A DNA stretch of 64,000 nt. Source: Lama guanicoe. Its lineage: Eukaryota. A model generated the notes under the pieces. It was given only the letters and a program-made list of their open reading frames with translations, did not search any database and had not been told where the DNA came from. The DNA is taken from positions 8,453,352-8,517,351 of the forward strand of contig MU053934.1 in assembly GCA_013239625.1 (NCBI GenBank), in the 5' to 3' direction. Shown piece by piece: positions 63,062 through 64,000 of this stretch (positions are counted from its first letter, which is position 1; each line of letters starts with the position of its first letter). The position numbers and the translations under genes are program-made.

Positions 63062-63198
63062 ATGAGGACTCTCCGCAGGTTGAAGTTCATGAGTTCGCCC
63101 AGCCTCAGTGATCTGGGCAAGAGAGAGCCGGCCGCCGCCGCCGCAGACGAGCGGGGCACGCAGCAGCGCCGGGCCTGCGCCAACGCCACCTGGAACAG
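63062..63198 (+). CDS. PRR5: First coding exon of proline-rich protein 5 (Protor-1, mTORC2-associated); gene continues beyond the window
   Basis: gtcaccATG at 63062 translates as MRTLRRLKFMSSPSLSDLGKREPAAAAADERGTQQRRACANATWN(S), which I recognise as the PRR5 N-terminus. Ends at a canonical donor AG|GTAAGG (GT at 63199), phase 2, 137 nt. Confidence 0.95.
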
Positions 63199-64000
63199 GT
63201 AAGGCCGCGCCCTCCTGGTCGGCCCGCGGGCCCCTGGTCCCGGAGTCGGGGGAGGGGGAGCCTTCTAGCCGGTCCGCGGGCCAAGGCAGGCCCCCAGCGA
63301 GGAACTGTGTCGGGGCAGCGCGGCACTTCACAATTTGTAGAGAACTTGCTCCTCCAGAGTTGTGCGGGCGGGGAGGGAAGTTTAGTGCAACGTGTTTCTA
63401 GAACGGAGAGACGAGACTGTGGACCCGGGGCTGGTTCCAAAGCGCCCAGCTGGTGGGTGGCGGGGTGGGCCTGGATCCCGCGAGCCCGCCTTCCCCCGGG
63501 GTCTTCCCACGCCTCTGCTCCAGTGCTCATGGCAACCTGGGAGGTAAATAGAGCAGGAAGTGTTTATCCCATTTCGCCTATGAGCAGATGAGCCTCGCGG
63601 GCGCAGTCGGTGGGTTGCTTCTGCGCTTCCTGTTTCTGCGTTAGGGTTCCTCTGGTCGGGGGTGGGCGGGTGGCTTTCCCTTGAGGGGCCCCCTGTCCTC
63701 CCAGCTGTCAGCAGGGGTGCTGCAGCTGCCCGGCATTCCTTAGACGACCCTCCCCCAGCGGGCCCTTCCCAGACTAGCAGGGGCGTGGGAAGTCCCACCA
63801 CCCCTCCGCCCCCACCCCAGCTTTGTTTGAAGAGCAAGGCTGGGATCCGGAAAAAGAGACGGTTTATTCAGTGGGATTTCCCACCGTGTTTGCTCATGAG
63901 CTCTTTTCAAAAATAGGTGTTTCCACCCAAAGGAAAATGAGAGGGGAGTAGAGAGTGGGGCAGACTTTTCAGGGGGCTGTAGATGCTGTCCCCCCACCAC

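Larger units (their letters stand above)
62590..63500 (+). promoter_or_regulatory. CpG-island, TATA-less promoter and 5' UTR of PRR5 with a dense Sp/KLF GC-box array
   Basis: Very high GC and CpG density. GGCCACGCCCCC at 62641, CCCCGCCC at 62661 and repeated CCGCCC boxes through ~62780, directly upstream of the PRR5 ATG. Confidence 0.9.

Noticed and set aside
62813..63331. Antisense ORFs over the CpG island (172 aa, 108 aa)
   Set aside because: Typical CpG-island open frames opposite a real exon.
1..64000. CRISPR arrays, operons or prokaryotic/viral defence systems; intact ERV genes
   Set aside because: Sequence is mammalian; no repeat-spacer arrays and no gag/pol/env coding sequence seen, only solo LTRs.

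Overview
Mammalian, GC-rich, repeat-dense, almost entirely non-coding DNA, very probably from a camelid (three copies of a tRNA-Ala-derived Vic-1-type SINE; no ruminant, pig or primate SINEs recognised). The only protein-coding sequence I can support is the first coding exon of PRR5 (Protor-1, an mTORC2/RICTOR partner) at 63062-63198 (+), inside a CpG-island promoter. The ORF track misses it because it is short and spliced. The 63 kb upstream holds MaLR/ERVL/ERV1 solo LTRs, L1, L2, MIR and MER DNA-transposon fragments, microsatellites and four assembly gaps. The listed six-frame ORFs are GC-content noise, apart from one decayed L1 reverse-transcriptase fragment. I found no convincing novel gene system. 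The best leads are regulatory: a splice acceptor embedded in the PRR5 coding start, two candidate distal promoters (~33.6 kb and the ~38 kb gap), a uORF, a MER41-like LTR with an intact STAT1/GAS site, a divergent CTCF pair, an RFX X-box cluster and several motif-dense enhancer candidates. Repeat family names are recalled from consensus sequences, not searched, and their boundaries are approximate.
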